Origin: Ignavibacteria bacterium UBA2360
GTDB taxonomy: Bacteria > Bacteroidota > Ignavibacteria > Tepidaquicellales > OLB5
Assembly (NCBI GenBank): GCA_002344125.1
Contig: DDTQ01000010.1
Coordinates: 77,683 to 141,682 of the forward strand
Length of the DNA stretch: 64,000 nt
Direction of reading: 5' to 3'
Numbering within the stretch: the stretch's first letter is position 1; each line of letters opens with the position of its first letter. The notes beneath the pieces are model-generated. The model did no database searches and was not told the DNA's origin. It saw nothing but the letters and a program-made list of their open reading frames with translations. A program made the position numbers and the translations under genes. Shown piece after piece: positions 9,382 to 18,549 of the stretch.

Positions 9382-9566
9382 ATTGTTTCCGGAAAGTGAT
9401 CTGGATTAAATATATTATAAGTTTTCTCATTTCTTACTTGCTTTTTTTAAAATTTACCTTATATTTGTTAATAATATTTCAAAATTCATTGAATATCACA
9501 CAATAACAACCTAAATTTAGCCTATCGAAATTTCTACATATCGTTTCTAAACTAACAATTCATAGC

Positions 9567-10346
9567 TTGCGTAAAATAAAATATTTTCTAATACCCCTTT
9601 TTCTTGGAATTTTTATGTATTCCTGTGAAAAAGATGACAGCTCTGTTATAGACCCGATCCTTCATTTTCCTATTATTGACTCAGCTTTCATTTCTCCAAC
9701 TGTATTTGATACTAACAGGATTGACCTAAGTATAAATGCAAGAGTATCATCGGTGGATCCGATTAGCTCAGTTAAGGCTAAGATAATTGATCCGCTTGGT
9801 TCCCAGGTTACTGAGGTTGACCTTGTGCTCAATGGAGATTTGTACACATTCAATGCCGCCATAACACCCGGTTGTGTACTGGTGGGAAATTATAAGGTGG
9901 AGTTCTTAGCTGTTACTAATTCAGGGCTGAACAGTAATACTGTAACTAATACATTTCAGGTAATCAATTCAAATAGTATTAAACCTGTAGTTTCAATTGT
10001 ATATGCACCTGATAGTTTACTCCGTCCAACCGGCAGCGAACTGGTGCCGGCGTTTCTGCAGGTTCAGGTCAATGATCCTGATGGCATTTGCGATATTGAG
10101 TGGGCCAGGTTTAATGCGGTAAATCCAAACGGTATTCCCAATCCAAGCAATCCGTTTACCATGTATGATAATGGTAACCCGCTTCCTCCATTCAGCGATA
10201 CTGTTGCAAACGACGGGAAATACTCACTGACAATCTATATCGGCTCTTCTGCAACTTTGGGTGATTTCAGCTTTAAGTTCTTCGCAAAAGACAGGTCTGA
10301 TCTTACAAGTGATACTCTCTTAAAATTAATTAATGTACACGAATAA
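9567..10346 (+). CDS. Lipoprotein with Ig-like/beta-sandwich character, function unknown
   Basis: TTG start and lipobox FMYSC. The sequence is beta-rich. It sits 2 nt upstream of the next gene. Confidence 0.6.
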   Translation: MRKIKYFLIPLFLGIFMYSCEKDDSSVIDPILHFPIIDSAFISPTVFDTNRIDLSINARVSSVDPISSVKAKIIDPLGSQVTEVDLVLNGDLYTFNAAITPGCVLVGNYKVEFLAVTNSGLNSNTVTNTFQVINSNSIKPVVSIVYAPDSLLRPTGSELVPAFLQVQVNDPDGICDIEWARFNAVNPNGIPNPSNPFTMYDNGNPLPPFSDTVANDGKYSLTIYIGSSATLGDFSFKFFAKDRSDLTSDTLLKLINVHE

Positions 10347-10348
10347 CT

Positions 10349-12004
10349 ATGAAAAAATTCCTGTTAATTACATTACTGGCAGCTTTCAATCTCAGCCTAA
10401 GCTACGCGCAGATGCTGCCCGAAAATTTTAAAATATCAAACGATATTTATAAAACCTTTAAGCTAAATGAAAACTACAAAAAAGGGAACAGCCTGATTGG
10501 AAGGTTCTCATCTTCACCGGTTTCATCGCAGACAATTATATCGAATTTTATTTCTGATATTATAGTGGTGAGTAACGATGCCGGCGATACCATCTGGTTT
10601 GGCACAGGCAAAGGAATATCGCGCACTACTAACCGCGGCATATCATTTCAGAATTTTTACGGAACTGAACCCTTCGGAGATGATGATGTTTCGGGGCTCG
10701 CTGTTTACCAAAACTGGGTAGTAGTTGCCACCGCATATTCTCAATTTGTGAATGATGCATACGTACCCACCGGAACGGGCATCAAAGTATCCAGCGACTA
10801 TGGCGTTACGTGGGCTTCTTATCCGCAGCCTATGGATGCGCTTACCGATACATCTATTCAATACGGAATAAGCACAATACAGGCTCTGCCTGTTGTGGTT
10901 GATGAATTCAACCTTTCCTATGATATTGCCATAACAAAAAAGAATAACACATCTGATTCGCTCGTATTCTGGATAACTTCATGGGCGGGCGGCACCCGTA
11001 AATCCACTGATTTTGGCGCAAGCTGGCAGCGCGTTGTGCTGCCGCCGGATGCTTTTAATACTATTACGCCAACAGGCGGACCCTATAGCTTTCAGCTGAA
11101 TCCCCGCGACCCGCCGCAGGGTAATAACAATCACAAAGGATTCTCTGTTACTGCTGAAAATGATTCCACTATATATGTTGGCACTGCCAATGGTATCAAC
11201 AGGTCAACTGATTGGGGCATAAGCTGGAAAAAGTACAACTACGATAGTACCGGTTCAGGAAGCGGTGTATCTGGGGATTTTGTTGTAGGACTAGCAGTGC
11301 AGAAATACGGTAATAATACAATTATTTGGGCTTCAACAAATCCAACTAAAGGCGGCGAGTTTTCTTCGTTCAGTTATTCCGCCAATGGCGGCCTAACATG
11401 GGGCAACACCCTCGAAGGAGCGTTCACACATAATGTTGGATTTAAAGATTCCATAGTTTACGGCGCAACCGATGGCGGTATCTGGCGCAGTTATTTCACG
11501 CCTCCGGGCTTCAGCTGGTCCAGACCCTCTATCATTTACGATGAATTGATACGCGACCAGATCAGAACAGATCTATTCTATTCTGTGGATTCACAGGGCG
11601 ACTCAGTCTGGGTAGGCTCCGGTGATGGGCTTGCGCGCACTACGGATACACTGACAAGTCCGTGGGTAGGCAAGTGGAAGATCTTCCGCGCTTACCAGAA
11701 CATAGCGGCTACCAATGAAGCTTATGCCTCGCCAAATCCGTTCTCTCCGGATGATGAAGTGTGCAGGATATACTATAAGACAGGAAAAACTTCCGCGGAT
11801 ATCACGATAAAGATCTTTGATTTTGCGATGTTCCCCGTTAGAACAGTAATACAGAATGCTCAGCGTACATCGCCTGATGTAATTTGGGCAACTTGGGATG
11901 GCAAACGCGATGACGGTACACAGGTAAGTAATGGTGTTTACTTCTACCGAATACAGATTGATAAAGATGAAACAGTCTGGGGTAAAATAATTGTGATGCA
12001 GTAA
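10349..12004 (+). CDS. Secreted BNR/Asp-box beta-propeller protein with FlgD-Ig-like C-terminal domain
   Basis: Signal peptide present. Asp-box-like SSDYGVTW, STDFGASW, STDWGISW, SANGGLTW. C-terminus SPNPFSPDDE..ITIKIFDF..WDGKRDDGTQVSNGVYFYRI. Confidence 0.8.
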   Translation: MKKFLLITLLAAFNLSLSYAQMLPENFKISNDIYKTFKLNENYKKGNSLIGRFSSSPVSSQTIISNFISDIIVVSNDAGDTIWFGTGKGISRTTNRGISFQNFYGTEPFGDDDVSGLAVYQNWVVVATAYSQFVNDAYVPTGTGIKVSSDYGVTWASYPQPMDALTDTSIQYGISTIQALPVVVDEFNLSYDIAITKKNNTSDSLVFWITSWAGGTRKSTDFGASWQRVVLPPDAFNTITPTGGPYSFQLNPRDPPQGNNNHKGFSVTAENDSTIYVGTANGINRSTDWGISWKKYNYDSTGSGSGVSGDFVVGLAVQKYGNNTIIWASTNPTKGGEFSSFSYSANGGLTWGNTLEGAFTHNVGFKDSIVYGATDGGIWRSYFTPPGFSWSRPSIIYDELIRDQIRTDLFYSVDSQGDSVWVGSGDGLARTTDTLTSPWVGKWKIFRAYQNIAATNEAYASPNPFSPDDEVCRIYYKTGKTSADITIKIFDFAMFPVRTVIQNAQRTSPDVIWATWDGKRDDGTQVSNGVYFYRIQIDKDETVWGKIIVMQ

Positions 12005-12011
12005 AAAAATA

Positions 12012-12404
12012 ATGAAGAAAGAACACTTTAAATTGATCGTACTGATTTTCATTTCACTATTCATTTTTAATTGTTCAAATCAGTCAGGAATGAATGATTA
12101 TAACACAGTTGTTAAGTTCTCAAAAGGGGAGCAGCTTAAATTCCCGGATTTCACAATCGAATATACAGGCGAGAGAACCGAAACCAATCAGTTCCCGAAC
12201 GGGAACAGCGTCACAATAAAGTTCCATGAGTTCACTGTAACTTCAGCTTCTTCGAATAAAAAGGTAAGCTGGTCTTCAGGCACAGGTGATATTGCGCCTG
12301 TTGCATTTGAAATTGACGGAAAGAATTTTGAGCTCGAAATGTCAAATTCAGAAAAGCTTAAAACAAAATTATCTGAAAACGAATTTGTTATAGTTAAAAA
12401 ATAA
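12012..12404 (+). CDS. Small lipoprotein, function unknown
   Basis: Lipobox FIFNCS; 130 aa; tightly packed in the same-strand cluster. Confidence 0.6.
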   Translation: MKKEHFKLIVLIFISLFIFNCSNQSGMNDYNTVVKFSKGEQLKFPDFTIEYTGERTETNQFPNGNSVTIKFHEFTVTSASSNKKVSWSSGTGDIAPVAFEIDGKNFELEMSNSEKLKTKLSENEFVIVKK

Positions 12405-12407
12405 CAC

Positions 12408-13382
12408 ATGAAAATATATCTTAAAGCAGCAATAATTATCGCAGCCCTCACAGTACAATCGTACGCGCAGCTTGGCGGTTTGCCCGGTGCGTTTACACGC
12501 ATGGGTTTCAATTCCAGGGGTATATCAATGGGTAACGCTATGACTTCTGTAACAGCAGGTGATATCAGCGGACTCTATAACCCGGCGCTCTCACCATTCC
12601 AGAATGAACATCTTATCAATTTAAGCTATTCATTTCTTTCCCTGGATAGAAGCCTGAACTTTGTTAGCTATACAAAGAACTTTAAACTTCCCAAGCAGAC
12701 AGAAGGCGGAGCGGGTATTACTTTCGCGTGGATAAATTCAGGTGTTGGCAATATTGATGGCAGGGATATTGACGGCTTTTCGCTGGGTGAGCTTTCTACC
12801 AGCGATAACCAGTTTCTCTTCGCGCCTTCGGTCAGAATATCCAATAAGATATCACTTGGTGTAGGCTTTAAACTTTATTATTCCAAGCTCTACGAAGGTG
12901 TCTCAGCCACTTCGTTTGGCTTTGATATTGGCGGTTTGTATGCTGTGAACGAAAAAATAAACGTTGGTGTTACAGTTAAGGATATCAATTCGCAGTATGA
13001 GTGGAACACAATTGATGTTTACGGTCAAAACGGTAACCAGACAAAAGAAAAATTCCCCAAACTTTACACCCTGGGTATTTCATACCTGCTGCCGAATAAT
13101 TTTGGGTTGGTTGCGCTGGATTATGAAACAAGCAATAAGAGATCAAATATTATCAGGGTTGGCGCGGAAATAAGCCCGATAAAAGATATCAAGTTCCGAG
13201 CAGGTTTGGATAGGCTTGATCTCAGCGCGGATGATAAGTTCGGCGGGTCAAGACCCTCAGCGGGCATCGGGTATCAGAAAGTCTTTAGCAGCTATATAGT
13301 CGGCATCGATTATTCTTTTGTGCTCGAGCCTTTCACCCACAATCCGTTCCAGACAATTACGGCTGTTATTAAGTTTAAATAA
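12408..13382 (+). CDS. Outer-membrane beta-barrel protein, PorV/PorQ-like (T9SS-associated family), tentative
   Basis: Signal peptide ..QSYAQ. N-terminal motif RGISMGNAMTSVTAGDISGLYNPAL is typical of the PorV/PorQ group. Amphipathic strands; C-terminal F-K. Confidence 0.55.
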   Translation: MKIYLKAAIIIAALTVQSYAQLGGLPGAFTRMGFNSRGISMGNAMTSVTAGDISGLYNPALSPFQNEHLINLSYSFLSLDRSLNFVSYTKNFKLPKQTEGGAGITFAWINSGVGNIDGRDIDGFSLGELSTSDNQFLFAPSVRISNKISLGVGFKLYYSKLYEGVSATSFGFDIGGLYAVNEKINVGVTVKDINSQYEWNTIDVYGQNGNQTKEKFPKLYTLGISYLLPNNFGLVALDYETSNKRSNIIRVGAEISPIKDIKFRAGLDRLDLSADDKFGGSRPSAGIGYQKVFSSYIVGIDYSFVLEPFTHNPFQTITAVIKFK

Positions 13383-13419
13383 TGCGTATTTTTGTAAAAT
13401 TTTAAGAAACGGAATATTT

Positions 13420-14325
13420 TTGAGACATCTAATTAAATATATAGTAATACTCTTAGCTGTTGTTACAGTATCTAATGCGCAAAATGACGGCGCAGGTAAT
13501 ACCGGTTTGGCATTCCTGAAACTGGGTATTACATCGCGCTCAATTGCGATGGGAGAAGCTGTTGTTGGTAATTCTTTTGATGCTTCCGCTACTCATTACA
13601 ATCCGGCAGCACTGTTCAACGGCTCAAAGGTTAACATGGTCTTTATGCATAACGAGCAGGTCCTGGGTGTCCGCACGGAATTCCTTGCAGGGAAGGTAAA
13701 ATTTAACAAATTAGCTTTAGGGTTCAGTCTTAACAATACCTCCGTTGATAATATTGAGGTTCGTGAGATCCCCGGCTCCTCAATTGGAGAATTTACCGCG
13801 CAGAATTTTGCTATGGGTGTTTCGCTTGGCTATAAGGTCAACGAAAATCTTTCTGTTGGTTTGACAGGAAAATTCCTCTTCGAAAAAATTTATGTAGATA
13901 ACGCCTCGGGGGTCGCTTTGGATCTTGGCGGTTTATATGCCAAAGATAAATTCACGCTCGGCGCTGCAATTACAAATCTCGGCTCAATGAGCGAGCTTAG
14001 GAACGAATCAACCAAATTGCCTTCAGCTATTAGGTTTGGCGGTTCATATTATTTTGACCTGCTGGGGATCAGCTCAAGGCTTATTGTTGCCGCTGATGGG
14101 TACAAGGTAATGGATGGCGGTAAATTCCACGCCAATACCGGCGCAGAGCTGCTTTACAAAGATTTCCTCGCATTAAGGGTCGGTTACCAGTCAGGCTATG
14201 AAAATAAATCTATTGCTGCGGGTATTGGCTTAAAATATAAAGCATTCGCTCTTGATTACGCATTTGTACCTTATAAATACTCACTGGGCTCAAGTCATAC
14301 AATTACATTAGGCACAAATTTTTAG
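13420..14325 (+). CDS. Second PorV/PorQ-like outer-membrane beta-barrel protein (paralogue of 12408..13382)
   Basis: Same N-terminal motif (RSIAMGEAVVGNSFDASATHYNPAAL). The TTG at 13420 gives a clean signal peptide (MRHLIKYIVILLAVVTVSNAQ). The ATG at 13318 would overlap the upstream gene by 65 nt. Confidence 0.55.
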   Translation: MRHLIKYIVILLAVVTVSNAQNDGAGNTGLAFLKLGITSRSIAMGEAVVGNSFDASATHYNPAALFNGSKVNMVFMHNEQVLGVRTEFLAGKVKFNKLALGFSLNNTSVDNIEVREIPGSSIGEFTAQNFAMGVSLGYKVNENLSVGLTGKFLFEKIYVDNASGVALDLGGLYAKDKFTLGAAITNLGSMSELRNESTKLPSAIRFGGSYYFDLLGISSRLIVAADGYKVMDGGKFHANTGAELLYKDFLALRVGYQSGYENKSIAAGIGLKYKAFALDYAFVPYKYSLGSSHTITLGTNF

Positions 14326-14351
14326 ATACTTATTTTTAATGGGGGCAGCCG

Positions 14352-15320
14352 GTGGAAGTAGTTCAATACGAAAAAAAATATCTCGATAGCTGGGAAGATC
14401 TTGTTGCAGGTTCTTCAAACGGCACAATTTTCCATACACGCAAATTCCTTTCATATCATTCCCCTGATAAATTCAAAGATAACTCACTGCTCTTTTTTGA
14501 AGATAAAAAGCTCATCGCGGTTCTGCCTGCGGCTGATATAAAACGAGATGGTTCAAGAACTCTTTGGTCGCACATGGGCGCCAGCTATGGCGGCTTTGTA
14601 CACAATGAAAGCCTGAGCATCAAGCAGTCGTTTGATCTCACTCAAAGCCTCATAGACCACTCCTTGAGCGAAAAATTCGAAAAGATAGTAATTACCGGCG
14701 TTCCGCTTTGTTACCAGAAGAGGTATAACCAGTATCTCGATTTTGCGTTCATCAAAAATGGTTTCAATTATCTTAAGCGGGAAGTGACAAGCGTTATCAC
14801 GCTGAATGTTACCGAAGATAACGCAATGAAACTTATTAAGCCTGAATCACGCACATCAGTTCGCAAAGCGGAAAAACTTGGCGTAGTAATAAAGAAGTCC
14901 AATGATTTTGAGGAATATTACAATATCCTCAAAAGCAATCTTGCAATGCGCCACAACGTTCAGCCTGCGCATACCCTTGAAGAACTTTATACATTAAAAG
15001 AGCTCTTCCCTCAAAAGATACAGCTCTTCGGCGCGTATGTTAAGAATAAAATGATAGCAGGTGTTATCAATTTCTACTGCAACGATAAAACTGTATTGGT
15101 ATTCTACATCAGCCACAACCAGGAGTACCAGCAGTACAGGGCTGTGAACCTGCTGTTTTACACGATCATGAAGGATGCAATAAGCAGGGGACTCGAATTC
15201 CTGGATTTCGGGTTATTTACTGTCAATATGGATCCTAACTGGGGACTTGGCAAGTTCAAAGAATCATTTGGCGCGCGCGGTTTATTAAGGGATTCTTTTT
15301 TTCTGGACCTGAAATATTAA
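14352..15320 (+). CDS. FemAB-like / GNAT-fold acyl(aminoacyl)transferase
   Basis: GTG start. The C-half pattern (SVRKAEKLGV..., LFGAYVKNKMIAGVINFYCNDKTVLVFYISHN.., LDFG) resembles FemAB/BioF2-like acetyltransferase domains found in polysaccharide loci. Confidence 0.55.
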   Translation: MEVVQYEKKYLDSWEDLVAGSSNGTIFHTRKFLSYHSPDKFKDNSLLFFEDKKLIAVLPAADIKRDGSRTLWSHMGASYGGFVHNESLSIKQSFDLTQSLIDHSLSEKFEKIVITGVPLCYQKRYNQYLDFAFIKNGFNYLKREVTSVITLNVTEDNAMKLIKPESRTSVRKAEKLGVVIKKSNDFEEYYNILKSNLAMRHNVQPAHTLEELYTLKELFPQKIQLFGAYVKNKMIAGVINFYCNDKTVLVFYISHNQEYQQYRAVNLLFYTIMKDAISRGLEFLDFGLFTVNMDPNWGLGKFKESFGARGLLRDSFFLDLKY

Positions 15321-15336
15321 TCAGCTGAAGATCAGA

Positions 15337-16299
15337 GTGATTGAAAATAAAAAAATCCTGTTCCTTGTTCTGTTCATTTCCGTAATACTCGGTTACTACC
15401 AAACCGTTCGGACTGACGCTCCCAATTACGAGCTTAAGCTTACACGCCACACAACTATAATTAATAATACAATTGAGTATCCTTACAAATACAGATTGCT
15501 GAATCCATACATTACTCAGGTTTGGTATTCTTCGCTTGGGGCGGCGCTGCCGCAAAAGCCTGCTTTCCTTGCGGCATATACACTTCAGAATATAATTGTA
15601 TTCGCATTCATGTTCTTCTGTTTAATGAAATTTTTCAGGCTGTGGTTTGATGATACAGGGGCGGTCATTGGGCTGCTGCTTTTCGCGGCGCTTGTGCCTT
15701 TATCGCTGACAGGCTACGATATACTGGGTGATATGACAACTGCAGGCATTATGGCTCTTGGTTTTTACTTCATCAACACTGCAAAAACAAAATTTTTATA
15801 CCCGCTTCTGTTTATTGCGGCATTTAATGAGCTGCAGCTTATATTGCTTATAGCGTTCTATTTCTTCGCAAAGCTCAGTAACCTTAAAGATAAAACAGTT
15901 TGGTTAAACAGTATTCTGCTGACAATAACATTTATTGCTGGTTATGCAGCCGTTTATCTCATCCGCGGCGGCTCCGCCGGTTCAGGAGATGTGAACTGGT
16001 ATTTTACCAAAGATGCGGCTTTCAACATCGCCAACAAAGATTGGATAGTATTATGGTTCATAATGATAGCTCCATTAATTTATTTTGTTTTTAAAGGATT
16101 TCGAGCAAAACCGGAATTTTTAAGGAACAGCGCTGTTATAGTATTACCTGTTTTCTATTTTGCGTCTTTTTTCTTCATCGCAAGGCTGCGCGAAATTGAT
16201 AAGGCTTTAACTATATTTACAATACTTATTCCGCTTACATTGATGACAATTTTTCCGAACAACATAAAAAAACAAAAGGAAGAGCGGCTTAATACATAA
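15337..16299 (+). CDS. Polytopic membrane protein (about 9 TM), possible polysaccharide polymerase/glycosyltransferase
   Basis: Hydrophobicity pattern only. Located in the glycan locus; its stop overlaps the asnB start. Confidence 0.4.
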   Translation: MIENKKILFLVLFISVILGYYQTVRTDAPNYELKLTRHTTIINNTIEYPYKYRLLNPYITQVWYSSLGAALPQKPAFLAAYTLQNIIVFAFMFFCLMKFFRLWFDDTGAVIGLLLFAALVPLSLTGYDILGDMTTAGIMALGFYFINTAKTKFLYPLLFIAAFNELQLILLIAFYFFAKLSNLKDKTVWLNSILLTITFIAGYAAVYLIRGGSAGSGDVNWYFTKDAAFNIANKDWIVLWFIMIAPLIYFVFKGFRAKPEFLRNSAVIVLPVFYFASFFFIARLREIDKALTIFTILIPLTLMTIFPNNIKKQKEERLNT

Positions 16300-18125
16300 T
16301 GTGCGGAATATCCGGAATATTTAATTTTGATGGCGCACCCGTAAACGAAGCGCAGCTTCGCGAAATGAACCGCGTGATTCACCACCGCGGACCCGATGGT
16401 GACGGCATATATATCGAAGGTAATGCCGGTATTGGCAGTACACGCCTCGCTATTATTGATCTCCGTGAAATTGCCAATATGCCTATCTACGATACAGAAA
16501 ACCGCTATGTGATTGTTTATAACGGTGAAATATTCAACTATGTTGAGCTCAGAAATGAACTGCTTCAAAAAGGACATAAGTTCAATACCGGCTCTGATAC
16601 GGAAGTAGTACTGAATGCTTATAAGCAGTGGGGCGAGGATTGCCTGCACCGCCTCAATGGAATGTGGGCATTTGCCATTTGGGATAAAACAAAAAAGACC
16701 CTGTTCTGCTCCCGTGACAGATACGGCATCAAACCTTTGTATTTCTACAAAGATGATAACAAACTTATCTTTGGCTCAGAAATCAAGCAGATCTTAAGCT
16801 GCGGTGTTGATAAAACTGTTAATGATGAAACAATTTACGATTACCTTGTTTTCCATTTCATTGATCACACCGAAAATACTTTCTTCAAAAATATTACAAA
16901 GGTACAGGCCGGACATAAATTCACAATAAAGAACAATGAATTTAAGCTCTCAAGGTGGTACAACCTGCCTGAGGTGAGTTACATCCGGGATGAAAAGAAC
17001 CTGTACAGCGATCTGTATGACCTGCTGTATGATTCCGTAAGGCTGCGCCTGCGCAGCGATGTTGAAGTTGGCAGCTGCCTGAGCGGGGGACTGGATTCAT
17101 CGGCAATAGTATGCATCATGCATGAGATTCTGCATAACGAAGGCAAGCCTGAAATCCAGAAGACATTCACCGCCTGCTACGATGACCCGTTGATAGATGA
17201 ACGGCCGTATGTTGAGGAAGTTATAAAACAAACCAATTCCACAAAGTATTACCTGTTTCCTGATGTTCAGGGCTTTAGGAGTGATATCGATAAAATGACA
17301 TATCACCAGGATGAGCCTTACACCGGCGCTACTGTATTTGCACAGTGGAGCGTATTCAAAAAAATACATGAAGCCGGAATAAAGGTGGTGCTTGACGGGC
17401 AGGGCAGCGATGAAATTCTGCTTGGCTATTTTTCATTTTTCCCGTTCCATTTAAAACGCAATCTGCTCAATCCGTTTAAGTTTATTTCTGAATACGTGAA
17501 CGGTGTAAATACTTCAAACCTTGGATATAACAAATTCACACAGAACCTTATTTACTTCAACACAGGCTCAGTGCGTTACCGCCATGTTATGAAAAACAGC
17601 AGGGCTTTTGTTAAGAATGATTTCATAACGGCGCATAACCGCCGGGATCTTTTTAATCAGATGATAGCCGCAACCGGACTTGAAGAAAACAGGTTGTCAA
17701 ATCTCTGGAATATCTCACTGCCTTCGCTTTTAAGATACGAAGACCGCAACTCAATGGCTTTTTCCGTGGAAGCAAGGATCCCGTTCCTCGATCACCGGCT
17801 GGTTGAATATATTTTCCGCATTCCCCTGAATAAGCTTATACATAAAGGATGGACTAAGTTTGCCTTGAGGGAATCACTAAAGGGCAGGATACCCGAAGAT
17901 ATCAGAATGCGAAAAGGCAAACTTGCCTTTTCAGTTCCGCAGAAAAAATGGCTGAGGGAGATCACCGGTTACCTCGAAGAGACGTTTACCCATGATTTCA
18001 GAAGCGGTAGATTCATCGACCGCGATAAAGTTTTGGGAATTATCCGTTCCGGCTATTTTAACGATAAAGTCCTTTACCGCGCTTTCGCGCTGGAAAAATG
18101 GATGAAGGTATTTGATTTGCATTAA
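16299..18125 (+). CDS. asnB: Asparagine synthase (glutamine-hydrolysing), polysaccharide-locus type
   Basis: N-terminal nucleophile MCGI.GIF and the PP-loop SCLSGGLDSS. Confidence 0.9.
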   Translation: MCGISGIFNFDGAPVNEAQLREMNRVIHHRGPDGDGIYIEGNAGIGSTRLAIIDLREIANMPIYDTENRYVIVYNGEIFNYVELRNELLQKGHKFNTGSDTEVVLNAYKQWGEDCLHRLNGMWAFAIWDKTKKTLFCSRDRYGIKPLYFYKDDNKLIFGSEIKQILSCGVDKTVNDETIYDYLVFHFIDHTENTFFKNITKVQAGHKFTIKNNEFKLSRWYNLPEVSYIRDEKNLYSDLYDLLYDSVRLRLRSDVEVGSCLSGGLDSSAIVCIMHEILHNEGKPEIQKTFTACYDDPLIDERPYVEEVIKQTNSTKYYLFPDVQGFRSDIDKMTYHQDEPYTGATVFAQWSVFKKIHEAGIKVVLDGQGSDEILLGYFSFFPFHLKRNLLNPFKFISEYVNGVNTSNLGYNKFTQNLIYFNTGSVRYRHVMKNSRAFVKNDFITAHNRRDLFNQMIAATGLEENRLSNLWNISLPSLLRYEDRNSMAFSVEARIPFLDHRLVEYIFRIPLNKLIHKGWTKFALRESLKGRIPEDIRMRKGKLAFSVPQKKWLREITGYLEETFTHDFRSGRFIDRDKVLGIIRSGYFNDKVLYRAFALEKWMKVFDLH

Positions 18126-18198
18126 ATTGATATGATATCTAACAAAAGTTGCCCATTGAACTTTCATGATTTTTATTGATGTTTATTGGTAAACGCAT

Positions 18199-18290
18199 TT
18201 TGCGAAGCGCCCGAAGTCACGATTAAACTCTCCCCTCTCCCTGTGGGAGAACTGCACCTGCAGTCAGGTGGGCAGTGGGGTGAGGGAGAA
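18199..18290. repeat. Intergenic repeat modules (..tgcgaagcgc.. fragment and CCCCTCTCC..GGGGTGAGGG type)
   Basis: ctcccctctccctgtgggagaactgcacctgcagtcaggtgggcagtggggtgagggagaa resembles 55615-55655 and 37721-37760. Confidence 0.65.
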
Positions 18291-18360
18291 TAGTAAGATT
18301 AAATGTCCTTGTTACATTTACCTTTTAAATAAATCTCTCCTTTTATATATTTATAAATCT

Positions 18361-18549
18361 ATGATTTATCATATTGTAATATCTACAGATGAAGATGGGG
18401 TTTTCACCGGTTCTGTAAAAGAACTGCCGGGATGCATTTCACAAGGAAAGAACAGGGAAGAACTCATTTATAATATTGAAGAAGCAGTTGAGCTATATCT
18501 GGAAAGCTATGAAAAACACAACGAAACTTATCTTTTGAATAATGAGTAA
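18361..18549 (+). CDS. HicB-family (UPF0150) antitoxin-like protein, N-domain only
   Basis: MIYHIVISTDEDGVFTGSVKELPGCISQGKNREELIYNIEEAVELYLE matches the HicB N-terminal fold signature. The ATG at 18361 is preferred over the longer ORF that runs through the repeat region. Confidence 0.75.
   Translation: MIYHIVISTDEDGVFTGSVKELPGCISQGKNREELIYNIEEAVELYLESYEKHNETYLLNNE

Noticed and set aside
13318-13419. ATG start at 13318 for the second PorV-like gene
   Set aside because: It would overlap the upstream gene by 65 nt and add a non-signal-peptide extension. The TTG at 13420 gives a canonical signal peptide ending ..SNAQ.
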